In this document: in pieces, positions 49,022-62,430 of the stretch
Position numbering within the stretch: the first letter of the stretch is position 1
Layout of the letters: each line of letters starts with the position of its first letter
Assembly (NCBI GenBank): GCA_038087875.1
Contig: CM075994.1
Location: 6,448,001-6,512,000, forward strand
Direction of reading: 5' to 3'
Length of the DNA: 64,000 nucleotides
DNA from: Malacoraja senta
Taxonomy: Eukaryota
Made by a program: the position numbers and the translations under genes
The notes under the pieces: model-generated
Seen by the model: the letters and a program-made list of their open reading frames with translations, nothing else
Told to the model about the DNA's origin: nothing
Databases searched by the model: none

Positions 49022-52000
49022 GTGAGTCCATGCCTTGAGCTAGGGGTGGGGATGGCGGTAGGGTGGAAGGAGATGTGCTATATAGAACAGTACAGCACTC
49101 GAACAGGCCATTCAGCCTACAACATCCATGCCGATCATGATGCCAAGTTAAATAAATTCCTCTGCCCGCACATAATCCGTATCTATGCATTCCCTTTATA
49201 TCCATGTGCCTCTCTGAAAGCCCCTTAAACCCCACTATCGTATCTGCCCTCCGCCACCACTTCTAGCTGCGCATTCCAGATACCCACCACTCTCTTCCAG
49301 CTTCAGACGAGTTAAAATAAAACTATTCCTCCAGTTTGACGACCTCGAAAAGATCATCTACACATTTATCTCCTCCCGCCTCGATTACTGCAACTCCCTT
49401 TACACTTGCATCAGCCAATCTTCCCTGTCCCGCCTGCAACTGGTCCAAAACGAGACTCCTGACGCGCACCCGAAAAAGGGACCACATCACCCTGATTCTG
49501 GCCTCTCTCCACTGGCTCCCTGTGCGGTTCCGAATAAATTTCAAGATCCTTCTTTATGTTTACAAAGCCATTAATGGGCTTTCCCCCACCTACATCAAAA
49601 GTCTGCTTACCCACCACACCACCTCCAGGTCCCTCAGATCGGCCGACTTGGGGTTACAGTACATCCCACAGTCTAGGCATAAGCTCAGGGGCGACCGTGC
49701 CTTTGCGGTTGCAGCTCCTAGACTGGAACAGCATCCATCTTCCCATCAGAACTGCCCCCTCCATCGACTCTTTTAAGTCGAGACTTAAAACTCATCTTTA
49801 CTCTCAAGCCTTTCTTGCTGTCCTCTGAGGGAGGGCTAAATGTGTGTATTTATGTATGTACTTAATCTATGAACCAATGTTGGATAACGTTAGTACCTCC
49901 ACCAATGTAAAGCACTTTGGTCAACAAGAGTTTTTTTAAATGTGCTATAGAAATAAAAGTGACTTGACTCGGTGTAATAAAACATGTGGTGTCCCATGCC
50001 GACTGGACTGGTCCAGGAACGCTGGGGCCCTCTACAAGAAGGGACCAGTAATTTTTGAGAAGGCTCTGCTCCTTCAACGTCTGCAGTGAGATGCTACAGA
50101 TGTTCGACCAACCGGTGGTAGCCAGTGCCATCTTCTTCGTTGCCATGTGTTAGGGCAGCGGGGCGAAGGCTGCGGACGGCACCAGGATCAACAAACTCAT
50201 CAGGAAGGCTGGCTACGTCCTGGGGGCGGAGTTGGATACATGGGAGGTGGTCTTTGAGTGGACGATGCCCCTCAAACTGCAGAGTACCCAGGACAATACA
50301 GCTCACCTGCTCCATGACACACTGGTCAACCTGAGGAGCACCTTCAGCAACAGACTGGTTCCACCATGATGCAGGACAGAACGCCATAGGAGATCCTTCT
50401 TCCCTGTGCCTATCAAACTTTACAACTCCTCCCCCTCAGTCATGGGGAAGAATGTGACTGAGACCGAGACTGACCCTAACCACCCCCCTCCCCCCCCTCC
50501 TCAATCTTTGCACATCCACAAAGCCTTACAACTCGTCCGTTTATTTTCATGTTTCATGTTTAATTTTTTTGTTTTAATGTTGGCAAATAAATTTCCTTCC
50601 TGCGATAAATAAAGTTCCATCGTATGGTATCGTATCTATCTAAAAGCTTTTCACTGAACCTCGGCACATGTGACAATAAACTAAACTATCTATCTATATC
50701 CTAATCTATCTATATAATCTATCAATATATCTAGTCTATCTAATACAGGTATATCAATCTATCTAGTTTATCTACCTATCTATCCATCTATTTAATTTAT
50801 CAATCTAATCTATCCATCCAGACTGTGTTCAATCACAACCTCCAGAAATGACTGTGTGGAGTTTGCATATCTCCCTGTGACTAACCCTTGCTAACTTCAA
50901 ATTGAAGATGTGAGGTGATGCCATGGGTAGACCTGCTGCCCTTGTCCATTGGGTTGGGACAACTCACTGCCGTGCTGGGAAACTATGAACACCAACACAC
51001 CAGAGCTGATAGCACTAAAACCTTGTCCTTGTGTTTCAGGTCTGGGACAGACTGCTGGGAAACCAGGCACTCGTCGCTTGGTGAATGGGACACTGGGACA
51101 GTCAGTCACGTTACCAGGATGTATCTCGGGAGAATACATTTCGATCCTCACTTGGGATTACCACAGTTCACCAACAACAGAAAAGGTTCAATTATGTATG
51201 AAAACTCAAAACAGTCCAATACAATATGACAAACAGGGAATCAGGTTAAACTTACAGGACTGTAGTCTGGAAATAGAGAACCTAACAGAACATGATCAAG
51301 GTCTATATGAAATGAACTTAAGGACGAATGAGTGGCTCCATGTACAAGTGATGGAACTGAAAGTTTATGGTAATCTAGTTTCATTTTTTCAAACGGTACA
51401 TTTTCCGATCTAATAACCTTCACGAAGTTAAAGATGTAAGAGGAGATGCTTGTGAGCCAAAATCTGTGGGGCCCTTGCTTGTTCAAGAACCAGTCCTCAG
51501 AATTTGCTTTTTATATATTAATGGAGGAGCACTTGGATGGGTTCTTGAAGGGAGCTCTCGTCAAGCCATCTGACTTTTCAGAAAGATGATAGGGCCACAG
51601 AAATTAACGAGAATAACGAGTTTACTTGTGATCCAGTTTTGGTGGCAAAGTATAAACTGGACAATTCATTTTTGTAAACTCACGGGAAGGATTTTCCACT
51701 AAAACTACGGGTGCTTGCACAGAGTTTGTAAATTGTCCGTAGTGTGTGTAGGTTAGTGCTAATGTGCGGGGATGGGCGCGGACCTGGTGGGCTGAAGGGC
51801 TTGTATCTCTAAACAGTCTTCTACTCTTAATGTTCTTGTGGGGAAACTCATAGCTAGCACCAGCTGGTTGTTATTATTGCATGGCTTGTATTTGTGCTTT
51901 TCTTTGAAACAGAACGAGTGTCATTACCAGTAATAAATATCAGCAAAGCCTTCACTGACGGGGTGTGTAACGTTAGCTTGCTATGTTCACTGGAGCACGG

Positions 52001-55000
52001 CACCAAGCCAGTCTACACTTGGTGGTCAGGAGATGGCAAGGTCGCGGCAGATGGGTCGCACATACTGACTAACGAAGGGAGAGGGCTGGCACTATCCATA
52101 GCTCTACCCAACAACAACAGCGTGTATAACTGCACTGTGGGGAACCCTGTTAGTGAGGAGACGCGGAGCGTGGATATAACACAACTCTGTCCTGCCCATG
52201 AAGGTTTGTGGCTTTATCTTTTCACACTTCTCAAATAAAATAAGGGCTATTTATTTCGTTCCTATCCAAATCCCCAAATCCTTCCGATGGAAGAAATAAG
52301 GTAATATATTTAGTTTGAACAGGCACAAAGTGCTGGAGTAAATGTCTCAGCGGGACAGGCAGCATCTCTGGAGAGAAGGAATGGGCGTTTCGGGTCGAGA
52401 AGAAGGCGTAGACCCGAAACGTCGCCCATTCCTTCTTTCCAGAGATACAATTTTCGGAAAAAAACCCACATCTGCAGTTCCTTCCTACAAGATAGATTTA
52501 GTTTCGTTTAGAGATTCAGCATTGAAACAGTCCCTTCGGCCCACCGAGTCCGCGCCGACCATCGATCACCCGTACACTGATTCTATCCTACACGTTAGGG
52601 ACAATTTACAGAAGCCAATTAACCTGCAAACCTGCACGTCTTTGGGATGTGGGAGGAAACCGGAGCACCCGGACATAACGCACGCGGTCACAGGGAGAAC
52701 GTACAAACTCCGTACAGACAGCATCCGTAGTCAAGATCGACCCGGGTCTGTGGCGATGTGAGGTAGCAACGCTACCGCTGAGTTACTCTAGCATTGTGTG
52801 TCTATCTTTGGTGTAAACCAGCATTTGCAGTTCCTTCCTGCGCAAAAGGAAAAATAAGCTGTGTGCAAAAAAAACAACCAGACATGAATGCAGAAATACA
52901 CAATCAGAAAACAAGTCCATGGTAGTCCATAGCCTTCCATTGGCGAGGTTGGGACTTGAATTATGCAGGTTGGTTCAAGACCCTGATGGTTTCAGAAAAG
53001 TACATTTAACTATAGAGAGACTGGAGGCGCTGGAATCTTGAGCAAAAATCTGTGCTGAAAGAACTCAGCGGGTCAGGCAGCTTCTGTGGAGGGAATGGTC
53101 TGAAGAAGGATCTATTTCCCTCCCGAGATACTGCCTGACCCACCTCGATTTCCTCCGGTACGTTTTTTTCAAACCTTTAACTCACTTCTAATAAAATAAA
53201 ATTTAAAAAAAAAATAAAAACTATAGCTGATTCTCCCTAAGTTTCCCTAACAGCGCTTGTAGCGCCAGAAACCCTGGTTCGATCCTGACGGCGGGTGCTG
53301 CCTGTACGGAGTTTGTACGTTCTGCCCGTGACCGCGTGGGTTTTCTCCGAGATCTTCGGTTTACTCCCACATTCCAAACTTGCACACACAGGCTTGTAGG
53401 TTAATTGGCATCTGTATATGCGTGCATTGTCCCTAGTGTGTGTAGGATCGTATATGTGTGCAGGGATCGCTGGTCGGTGCAGACTCAATGGGCCGAGGGG
53501 CCTGTTTCTCAACAAAGAAAACTAACAGAGCTCAGCCTCTCCAGTCTAAACTAGAAGCACCATTTTCCATTTTAAGCAAAGATTATTGAACAGGCGTCTA
53601 AAACCATGAGAGGAATAGATATGGTGAATGCATAGTCGTCTACCCAGTGTAGGGAAATGGAGAACCGGAGGACATAGGTTTAAGCTGAAAGGGAAGGGAT
53701 TTATAAGGAAACCGGAGGGGCAACGTTTCCCACAGAGGCTGTCAGGTACAAGAATGAGCACAGGAGGTAGTTGGGGCAGGTGCTATAACATAATTTAAAG
53801 CCATTTGCACAGGTACATGGATAGGAAAGGTGTAGAAAGATAAAGGCCAAATGCGGACATATGGGACTAGCTTAAATGGGACATCTTGGGCGGCATGGAC
53901 AAGTTGGGCTGAAGGGCACATTTTCCTTCTTGAATGACACATAGGCAATTGCAGCGAATTGTGGACGCAGCCAAGGCCGGCACACAAACCGACCTCCCTT
54001 ACATTGACCCCATCTACATAGCAATGTTACAAAATTTTGAGATTTTAAAAATCAAGTCTGTAATTTATCCCATCAGATAAAGCATAAAAAGAAGTTTAAT
54101 TTGACATCTAATTCACTTTCATATCTTCAGTATTAAAATAGTTATGGCCATTTTCATACTTGGAAATTAGCATCTTGTTCCCTATTGCTTTTCCATTGAC
54201 TTAACACAAAAGCTGTGATCGAGGACAGTCGAAAGCCCATAACTTTCTTAAAAATTAAGAGAACTGAAAGAAATTTTCAGTTATTACAGATTGAAGCTTT
54301 CTGAAACAAATATGAAACAATCTTACTTAGATGACATGAAATTAAAGCATATAATTACAGGGCTGCCAACATTGGGTGAGAGTTGAGAGTGAGAAATTGC
54401 GAGGGAGTGCAGCGGCCGGGGGGGGGGGGGGGGGGAAAGGGGGTGTTCCCCCTCCCACAGTAGGGAGCTTTTGCATTGTCCAGCTTGAAATTGTGCAATC
54501 TGGAGCATACTGTAGCGAGTCTTTCAACTTGCATTTGAATGCAACATTTATGTCTTAAATTGGATTAGGTATGAATAAGGTTAGGCTATATTACATTCCT
54601 AATTACATTCCACAATAGAGCCAGGCTCTGATCAACAGGTGCAGCACATGAATGACTGTATTCATATATGGAAATCAGATTATATTCATGCTGTTATATA
54701 TATAGAGAGAGAAAACTCAGAGAAACAAAGCAAAAGTCGGACTTCCATCACTGTTCTGCACAAATAAATCAACCAACCTTGTTCAAGAAGGAACTACAGA
54801 TGCTGGAGAATCGAAGGTTACACAATAATGCTGGAGAAACTCAGCGTGTGCAGCAGCATCTATGGAGCGAAGGAAATAGGCAACATTTCGGGCCGAAACC
54901 CTTCTTCAGACGGTTTCAACCTTCCCCTTTGAATATAGAAACAAGATGAAAATAATGCCACATATTCAATCATATATTGTTCAATGAAATTAAGATATAT

Positions 55001-56515
55001 ATGTAAAAATATATATGGAAACAGGCCCTTCCGCCCACAAAGTCCACACAGACCAGCAATCTATCATACACCAATTCCATCCATCACGCCAAAGACAATT
55101 TACAGAAGCCAATTAACCTACAAACCTGCACTTCTTTCGGATATGGGAGAAACCGGAATATCCAGAGAAAACCCATGTGGTGGTAAGGCAGCAACTCTAC
55201 CACTGCACCACCGTGCCACCCCATTACATTATTTTTTCTGTAATATATTTATTATGGTGTCACGTGAATAAAGATGAACACATGATTCTGATTTCTGCCC
55301 TTAGTTGGATAACACACATGTCCAGTCATTGTGTTTTATGGCTGGTTTTCAACCTCTTCAGGCTGAAGGTCTCGACTCGAAACATCACCCATTCTTTCTC
55401 TCCAGAGATGCTGCCTGTCCTGCTGAGTTTTTCTAGTTTTTAGTGTCTATCTTCAGTTTAAACCAGCATCTGCAATCCCTTCCTACACTATTTGTTAAGC
55501 AAAACGGGTCCTATTCTCATTATATAATTTTGCGATCAGCGTGAGAGCATGAGAGTTTTGTGAAATGCGTGAGTCTCACGCTCAATGCGTGAAGGTTGGC
55601 AGCCCTGCTAATAATGCAAACATTTTATGCAAGTTCAAATTGTTTGGACAAAAATCACTTATTACTGCTTTATAACAGTTAAGTTACATCAAGACCATTT
55701 CAGAAATTATGGCAGTCAACAAAAAAATCAACTAACAAATTAAAGCAAACTAAAAGAAAATAACATGTTCCCTTTCTTGACTCTACCTCATAAGTACTTT
55801 AACGCTGTTAACAGAGCAAAGGGATATTAATCTCAAGAATCAAAATGTGGAAAGTGAGGGCAATTTTGCTTAAATGGTCATTCTAAGCCCATTCAGATCT
55901 GCATTGTCAGAGTTATACAACATGTACATGGCTGGCCCAATTTGTCCATAATGATCAAGTTGGCATTCTGCGTGCCCAGGGACTGGCTGCCATTCCCAGA
56001 TCAGCTCGCGTCCCAGGGACTGGCTGCAGTTCTCAGGTTGGCTTGCCTGCCCCGACCCCGTGAAAATGAATTGAAAAACCCCCCGCGGTTTTTCGGGTTA
56101 CGGGCTGGATTCGCCCCGTGTGCCGTAGGTTGCCGAACCCTGTCCTAGATGTTTGGCCTCATTGTGGTCCCCCCCCCCCCCCCATGTTTTACAACCAATT
56201 CACCTGGTTAGTTCTATCTCCAGCTGCTTCATGTTGTCGGCGACTGCACATCCAACCAAGAAAGAAGAGAAGAGAAGAGATGCGACGTCACTCACAGCCG
56301 CCAACTGACGCGCATCCCCAGACTGCAGAGATTGCTGTGATGTGGCGCAAAAGAGACAAACTGTGCAGGGACTGAACACAGCGTGAGAATTCTGTCGTCA
56401 GCGTGAACATTGGCTGAAATGCGTGACTCTCACGCTCAAAGAACGAGAGTTGGCAGCCCTGTCTAAAGCCAGGATGTGACAACAGACACACAGGGAGACA
56501 CATACACAATGGAAG

Positions 56516-56546
<31 letters not shown>

Positions 56547-59504
56547 GAGACGGACACACACACACAGGGAGACAGACAGACACACACACAGGAAGACACA
56601 CAGACACGCACACACACAGGGAGACACACACACACACAGGGAAACACACAGACACACACACACACACACGGAGACACACACACACACACAGGGAGACACA
56701 CAGACAAGCACACACAGGGACACACACACACACAGGGAGACACACACAGGGAGGCACACACACACACAGGGAGACACACACACACAAGGAGACACACACA
56801 GGGAGGCACACACACACACACAAGGAGACACACACAGGGAGACAGACACACAAGCGCACACCTTTTCTTCCCCCTCCCTCCATCCACCCCTTCCTCCCTC
56901 CTGCCCCCATCCTTCCCTCTTTCCTCCCCCTCCCTCTTTCTCCACTTTCTCCTTTCCTTCCTTCATCCCCTTTCTACATTCCCTCCCCTTGTCTCGCTTT
57001 GCCTCCATCCCTCCCTTTTTTTCTTTCCCTCTCTCTCTTTCCCCCCTCCCTCTCTCTCACCGGCCGCCCAATGGGGAGTCTGGCGGGCACAGTGCAGGGT
57101 GGATTGGCGGCGCTGGCGCTGCAGAGTGAGTTGAAGGGCAGGAGGGAGGGAGGGAGGGAGGGAGCGAGGCTGCAGCAGCGGCCGGCAGCACAGCGCTCAC
57201 AGCCGGCACAGAGAGCTGCTGACACCCGGCGGCTGCACATCCAACCAAGAGAGAAGAGACACGACGTCACTCACAGCGTCAAGTGACGCGTACCCCAGAC
57301 CGTGCAGATCCCTGGAACGCGGCGCAAAGGGACAAACTATGCAGGGACTGAACTCAGCGTGATAACTCGGTCATGAGCGTGAGGACGTGAGAATTTGCTC
57401 CAAGGCATGATTCTCACGCTGAAAGCGTGAGAGTTGGCAGCCCTGTAATTAGTTAGTTACCTAATTGTAGCTAATTACAAAATTCAATTACTAGATCTAA
57501 ACATCTATCAATTTCTTAAGAATAGATTAACATTTTTAAATAGCCTAAGTGTCCAAATAACATTCACACAAGAATTCACAATATAACATAATTTTTAAAT
57601 CTCATTGTCATGGATTTATAGGCCAAATGGAAGGAACTTAATGTTTAATACCTGTAAATTAATGGCCATTTAAATCATCTTGCGAGTGGGTTTTTGTGGA
57701 ACCCGATCATTTGGAATGTTGCAGTTGCGGTGAATTTAAACCCGTATCGGCATGAAAAATACTGCCGGTTCGTTCGGGGGGAAAAAATCACCGTTTCGCA
57801 ACTTAAAATGTGAATTAAAGACATCTTAAGGAGCACTTTTATACATAAAATAGACAGCTTTCGTTTACCTGTCCCGTGCATGAAATCCGTCCCCATTGTC
57901 GGCGTTGACGGCTTTAGAAGCTGATTTTAAAATAACTCCAGCGCTGAACTCGTCGGGTGATTAAAAAATAAAACGATTCTTCAGCAAAAGCTTGCACTCC
58001 AACGAAATATAATCCAGGACAAGGTAGGAGAACCCCCCACCCCCCCATCAAAGGCACCAAAATCACGCACACGGCCAGTGGCAGAATTGCAGCGCCGCTG
58101 AAGGTAAGTATTGTAACATACCTAATCTACACATCACGCTGCCTCGGCAAGGCCAGCAGCATAATCAAGGGGGAATTATACCCTGTCCACTCCCTCTTCT
58201 CCCCTCTCCTATCAGGCAAAAGGGATAGAAGGTGAAAACCTATACATCCAGATTCAGGGACACTTTCTTCCCAGCAGTTATCAGGCAACTGAATCATCCT
58301 ACCACAACCAGAGAGCAGAGATTAACTACTATCTACCTCTTTGATGTCCCTCGGTCTATCCTTGACCGGACTTAACCTTATCCTGTATCTAAACACTATA
58401 AATGGATTAATTGTAATCATGTATTGTCTTTCTGCCGACTCGATAGCACGCAACAAAAAAGCTTTCCACTGTAGCTCGGTACACGTGACAATAAACTAAA
58501 CTGAACTGAACTGAACTCTCTGATTCTGTTCCTGTGCACCAACAAATCAATAGGTTGGAAACTGAAATATTGATCTCTCTTCAGGTTATAAACCACTAAG
58601 AGTCTCAAGCCGTGTACGTTTTACAGCCGCCACAATCATCTTCATCTCAGCTATCATTTGCTACATGTATTGTAAGAGGACAAGCTCAGCACAGGTCAGT
58701 ACCTTTGAATATTTTTCTTCGTACAATACCAGGTAATAATCTGTAACCCATCTCCCCCCACCTCTCTCTCTCTTCCCTCTGCCTTACCAGTTTGTGCGCC
58801 CATTTCTCCCACTATCCGTCCCCTTACCCTTCAACGATTTGACCGTGGATGGAATGCGCCAAGAATTAATTGGTGAAACTGTGGATATGCGAGAGGCTTG
58901 GATAGAGTGGATGTGGAGAGGATGTTTCCAATAGTGGGAGACACTAGGACTCGAGGTCATAGCCTCAAAATTAAAGGACGATCTTTTAGGAAGGAGATGA
59001 GGAGGAATGTATTTTGTCAGAGGGTGGTGAGTCTGTGGAATTCTTTGCCACAGAAGGCTGTGGAGGCGGTCAATGGATATTTTATGGCAGAGGGAGAGAG
59101 AGTTTTGATTAGTACAGGTGTCTGGGGTTATGGGGAGCAGGTAGGATAATTAGGTTAACTGGGAGATTTCGATCAGCCATGATTCAATGGCGGAGTAGAC
59201 TTGATGGGACGAATGGCGTAATTCTACTCCTATCACTTATGACCTTATGTGAGGCCAAAGCTGACGGTTTCTGCGGGGATTATAGGGCTGTTTGAAACAA
59301 TAGGCAGGCATGGGGCTAGATTGGGATGGGACATTAAAGTGATTTTAAAATACACCAAAGATACTTGTCCCATTAGCGAGGCGAGCTGCAGATAGTTCAA
59401 CCCATGTGGTTTGGACCCTGGCTGCAGATGCTGTCGCATTCTATCGCCCACTGCGGTCCCAGACCACACGTAGATTGAACAAAAATACGCGTGTGATCGG
59501 ATAA
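48952..59504 (+). CDS. CD2/SLAM-family-like Ig receptor, gene C (spliced model, 336 aa)
   Basis: Exons 48952-49021, 51040-51369, 51913-52203, 58585-58694, 58791-58872, 59377-59504 total 1011 nt, open and GT-AG throughout. Confidence 0.82.
49295..49968 (+). mobile_element. L2 LINE 3' fragment specific to gene C intron 1
   Basis: SRLDYCNS...LQLVQN...[25 protein letters not shown]. Absent at the matching site of A and B. Confidence 0.85.
51040..51369 (+). CDS. Gene C IgV exon
   Basis: 330 nt open, canonical splice sites. Contained in track ORF 50949-51413. Confidence 0.87.
51913..52203 (+). CDS. Gene C IgC2 exon
   Basis: 291 nt, four-Cys SLAM-type C2 pattern intact. Confidence 0.88.
54358..57445. 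mobile_element. Nested element with perfect 13-bp TIR CAGGGCTGCCAAC and TAATTA target duplication
   Basis: TIRs 54358-54370 and 57433-57445. Extra right ends at 55595-55607 and 56449-56461. Confidence 0.72.
56480..56860. repeat. (CA)n / CACAGGGAGA compound repeat followed by a pyrimidine-rich tract to about 57060
   Basis: Directly visible low-complexity tandem sequence. Confidence 0.95.
58585..58694 (+). CDS. Gene C TM exon [37 protein letters not shown]
   Basis: 110 nt, canonical splice sites. CTT to CGT (Leu to Arg) at 58617-58619. Confidence 0.8.
58791..58872 (+). CDS. Gene C cytoplasmic exon 1 [27 protein letters not shown]
   Basis: 82 nt. A frame-preserving 6-nt indel versus gene B supports coding status. 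Confidence 0.68.
59377..59504 (+). CDS. Gene C cytoplasmic exon 2 [42 protein letters not shown]
   Basis: Acceptor cccattag|, stop TAA 59502-59504. Confidence 0.62.
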
Positions 59505-61746
59505 ACAGATGGGACTGGAACAAGATGCAGCAGAGAGGACAGTCCGTGCATAAAGGTACCAACCACGACGTATTCACGTTGACAAACCCACAGTAACATC
59601 CTCTGACAACACTATTCTGCCTTTTATCTGTCTGTAATTCTCTAAAGTGAAAAGTCGTGGCAGTGTTGGTGTAACTCAGCGGGTCTGGCTGGATCTCTGG
59701 AGAGCACGGAAAGGCAACACAGCTTCGAGTCACAGCTCCATCCAAGACCGCAAGAAATTGCAGCGAATTGTGGACGCAGCCCAGATCATCACACAAACCG
59801 ACCTCCCTTCCATTGATACCATCTACACCTCACGCTGCCTCGGCAAGGCCAGCAGCATTATGAAGGAGGAGTTACACATTGTCCACTCTCTCTTCTCCCC
59901 TCTCCTATCAGGCAAAAGATATAGAAGTGTGAAAACGCACACATCCAGATTCAAGGACAGTTTCTTCATAGCTGTTATCAGGCACCTGAATCATCCAGCC
60001 ACAACCAGAGAACAGTGCTGATCTACTATCCCCCTCGGTGGCGACCATCAGACTATCCTTGATTGGACTTTGCTGGTTTTACCATGCGCTAAATGTTATT
60101 TCCATGTCACTGTTAATGGCTCGATTGTAATCGTGTATTGTCTTTCCGCTGACTGGTTAGCATGCAACAAAAGCTTTTCACTGTACCTCGGTGCAGGTGA
60201 CAATAAACAAAACTGTAAACCAAACTGTACTATACTGGGCCGAGACCCTTCTTCAAACTGCTTTGGTGGAGGTGGTGGGAGAAGAAGGATGGAAAAGGGG
60301 GAGAGGCACGACAAAGCGTGGCAGGTAATAGACACGGGTGAGTGGGGACCTTGATAGGCAGGTAGAGTCATAGAGACATACCAGCGTTGAAACAGGCCTT
60401 CGGCCACAACTTGCCCACACACCGACCAACATGCCCCACCTACACTCGTCCAACTTGCCTGCATTTGGCCCATATTTTTCCAAACCTTTCATATCCATGT
60501 ACCTGCCTAATTGTTTCTTGACCGTTGCAATGGTCCATGCCTCAACGTTCTGACAATAGACAATAGGTGTAGGAGTAGGGCCATTTGGCCCTTCGAGCCA
60601 GCACTGCCATTCAATGTGATCATGGCTGATCATCCACAATCAGTACCCGTTCCTGCTTCTCCCCATATCCCCTGACTCCGCTATTTTTAAAAGCCATATC
60701 TAGCTCTCTCATGAAAGCATCCAGAGAAACTGCCTCCACCGCCCTCTATGAGAAAAAGTGTTTCCTCGTCTTCGTTCTAAATGGCTTACTCCTTATTCTT
60801 AAACTGTGGCCCTACTGGAAACTGTGTTCACTACTGGAAATATGTATTTGAAGGAACTGCAGATGCTGGTTTAAACCAAAGATAGACACAAAATGCTGGA
60901 GTATCTCAGCGGACTGGCAACATCTCTGTGATGGGTGACGTTTTGGGTCGAGGCCGTTCTTCTACTACTGAAAAGATCCTCTGCACATCCGTTCTATCGT
61001 GGCCTTTCATTGTCTGTAAGTTTCAATGAAATCCCCCATCATCCTTCTAAACTCCAGTGAGTACAGGCCCAGAGTCTTCAAATGCTCCTCATACATTAAC
61101 CCAATCATCCCTGGATCATTCTCGTAAACCTCCTCTAGACCCTCTGCAATGCTAGCACATTCTGCACCTCCTTCCTCAGTTGTGGGACCCCAAACTGCTC
61201 ACAATATTGCAAATGTGGCCTCACCAATACCTTAGAAGTTATTGTGCTTGGAATTAAGTTTCCAAATTCTCGGCTGATACTTTAACTGAACGTCTTTTTA
61301 TACTTTAGTGATACAGTGCGGAAACAGGCCCTTCGGTGCAAGTTTCCGCACTGCATCAGTGATCACCCCGTACACAGTAGCATTATCCAACACACTTGGA
61401 CAATTTACAATTTTACTGGAGCCAATTAACCTACAAACCTGTACATCTTTGTAGTGCGGGAGGAAACCGGAGCACCCGGAAGAAACCCGCATGATCACAG
61501 GGAGAACGTCAAACTCCGTAAATACAGCAGCCGTGGGCAGGATCGAAACCCGGTCTCTGGCGCTGTAAGGCAGCAAGTCTATGGCTGTGCCACCGTGCGA
61601 CTTACAGCACAGAAACAGGCCCTTCGGCCCAATTGTCTGTCTATGTTTTCTAATTGCCCATGTCATCAAACGCTCCTCATACTTTAACCCAATCATCACC
61701 AGGGCCATTCTCGTAAACCTTGCTCTGTGCATTACAAGCCTGAGTC

Positions 61747-62430
61747 CAGGGCTCTCGCTTAACTTTTTTTCTCTGTTGCCAGCCGGGCAACCTTGGCAGC
61801 TTTTTATGTTGCCAAATGACAGTTTAGGTGGTCATTTAAGATGGCTTGCATGACGCGTGCGATAATGTGCTCGGACGAAGTGAGTAGTTACCAGTCGGAA
61901 TTATACTCAATGAAGCATTCACATATTATTTCTGCTTCAAATAAAGTCACAAACTAAACATATTCACCAATCAAGACATGATATATCCACAATGACATGC
62001 AGCAAAATTATAAGACAGTATCTCAACTCTTTTTACACATTGCAATTAATGCAATTTCTATTAGTTCTTCCACTTCCAAACAACAATGTGGTTGGATTAT
62101 TCAGCGTATGATCAACCTGTGTCAATAAATCTGGACCATGGTAACATATATGCGTACGTATAGTTGTGAATGTTGTTCATTAAATAACTACAGTACTGAT
62201 ACTCCATATTAAGAGCATTGATTTGTCGTTAAAATGAATTCTGTAATAACGTGTCAATGGTAGCAGTGACAATCGAACACTGCGGTTTTAATGTTTCACG
62301 TGTTCACAATTTAATTAATCCATCTTTATGGATTAAAACAAATAACATCATTGGGAATTAAACACATTTGATTGCATTCCGTTATCAAACATAGTCAATG
62401 TTCGCTCTGAAGACATTTCCAGCACAATAG
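61747..62430. mobile_element. hAT-like element left end (CAGGGCTCTCGC), extent uncertain
   Basis: Starts exactly where homology with the gene A downstream region (about 15950) stops. No matching right end found in the window. Confidence 0.45.

Larger units (their letters stand above)
54019..58124. mobile_element. hAT-like non-autonomous element (TAG..TGTTACAA termini, 7-bp TSD) with nested insert
   Basis: 14-bp imperfect TIR, ATCTACA at 54012-54018 and 58125-58131. It splits a Rex-derived fragment that is contiguous in A and B. Confidence 0.7.

Noticed and set aside
56288-57129. Long ORFs of 170-217 aa on both strands
   Set aside because: Translations of the (CA)n compound repeat and pyrimidine tract.
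59377-59478. Phase-0 reading of the last exon ([15 protein letters not shown]...)
   Set aside because: Paralogue substitutions are nonsynonymous in that frame but mostly synonymous in phase 1, and the preceding exon ends in phase 1.
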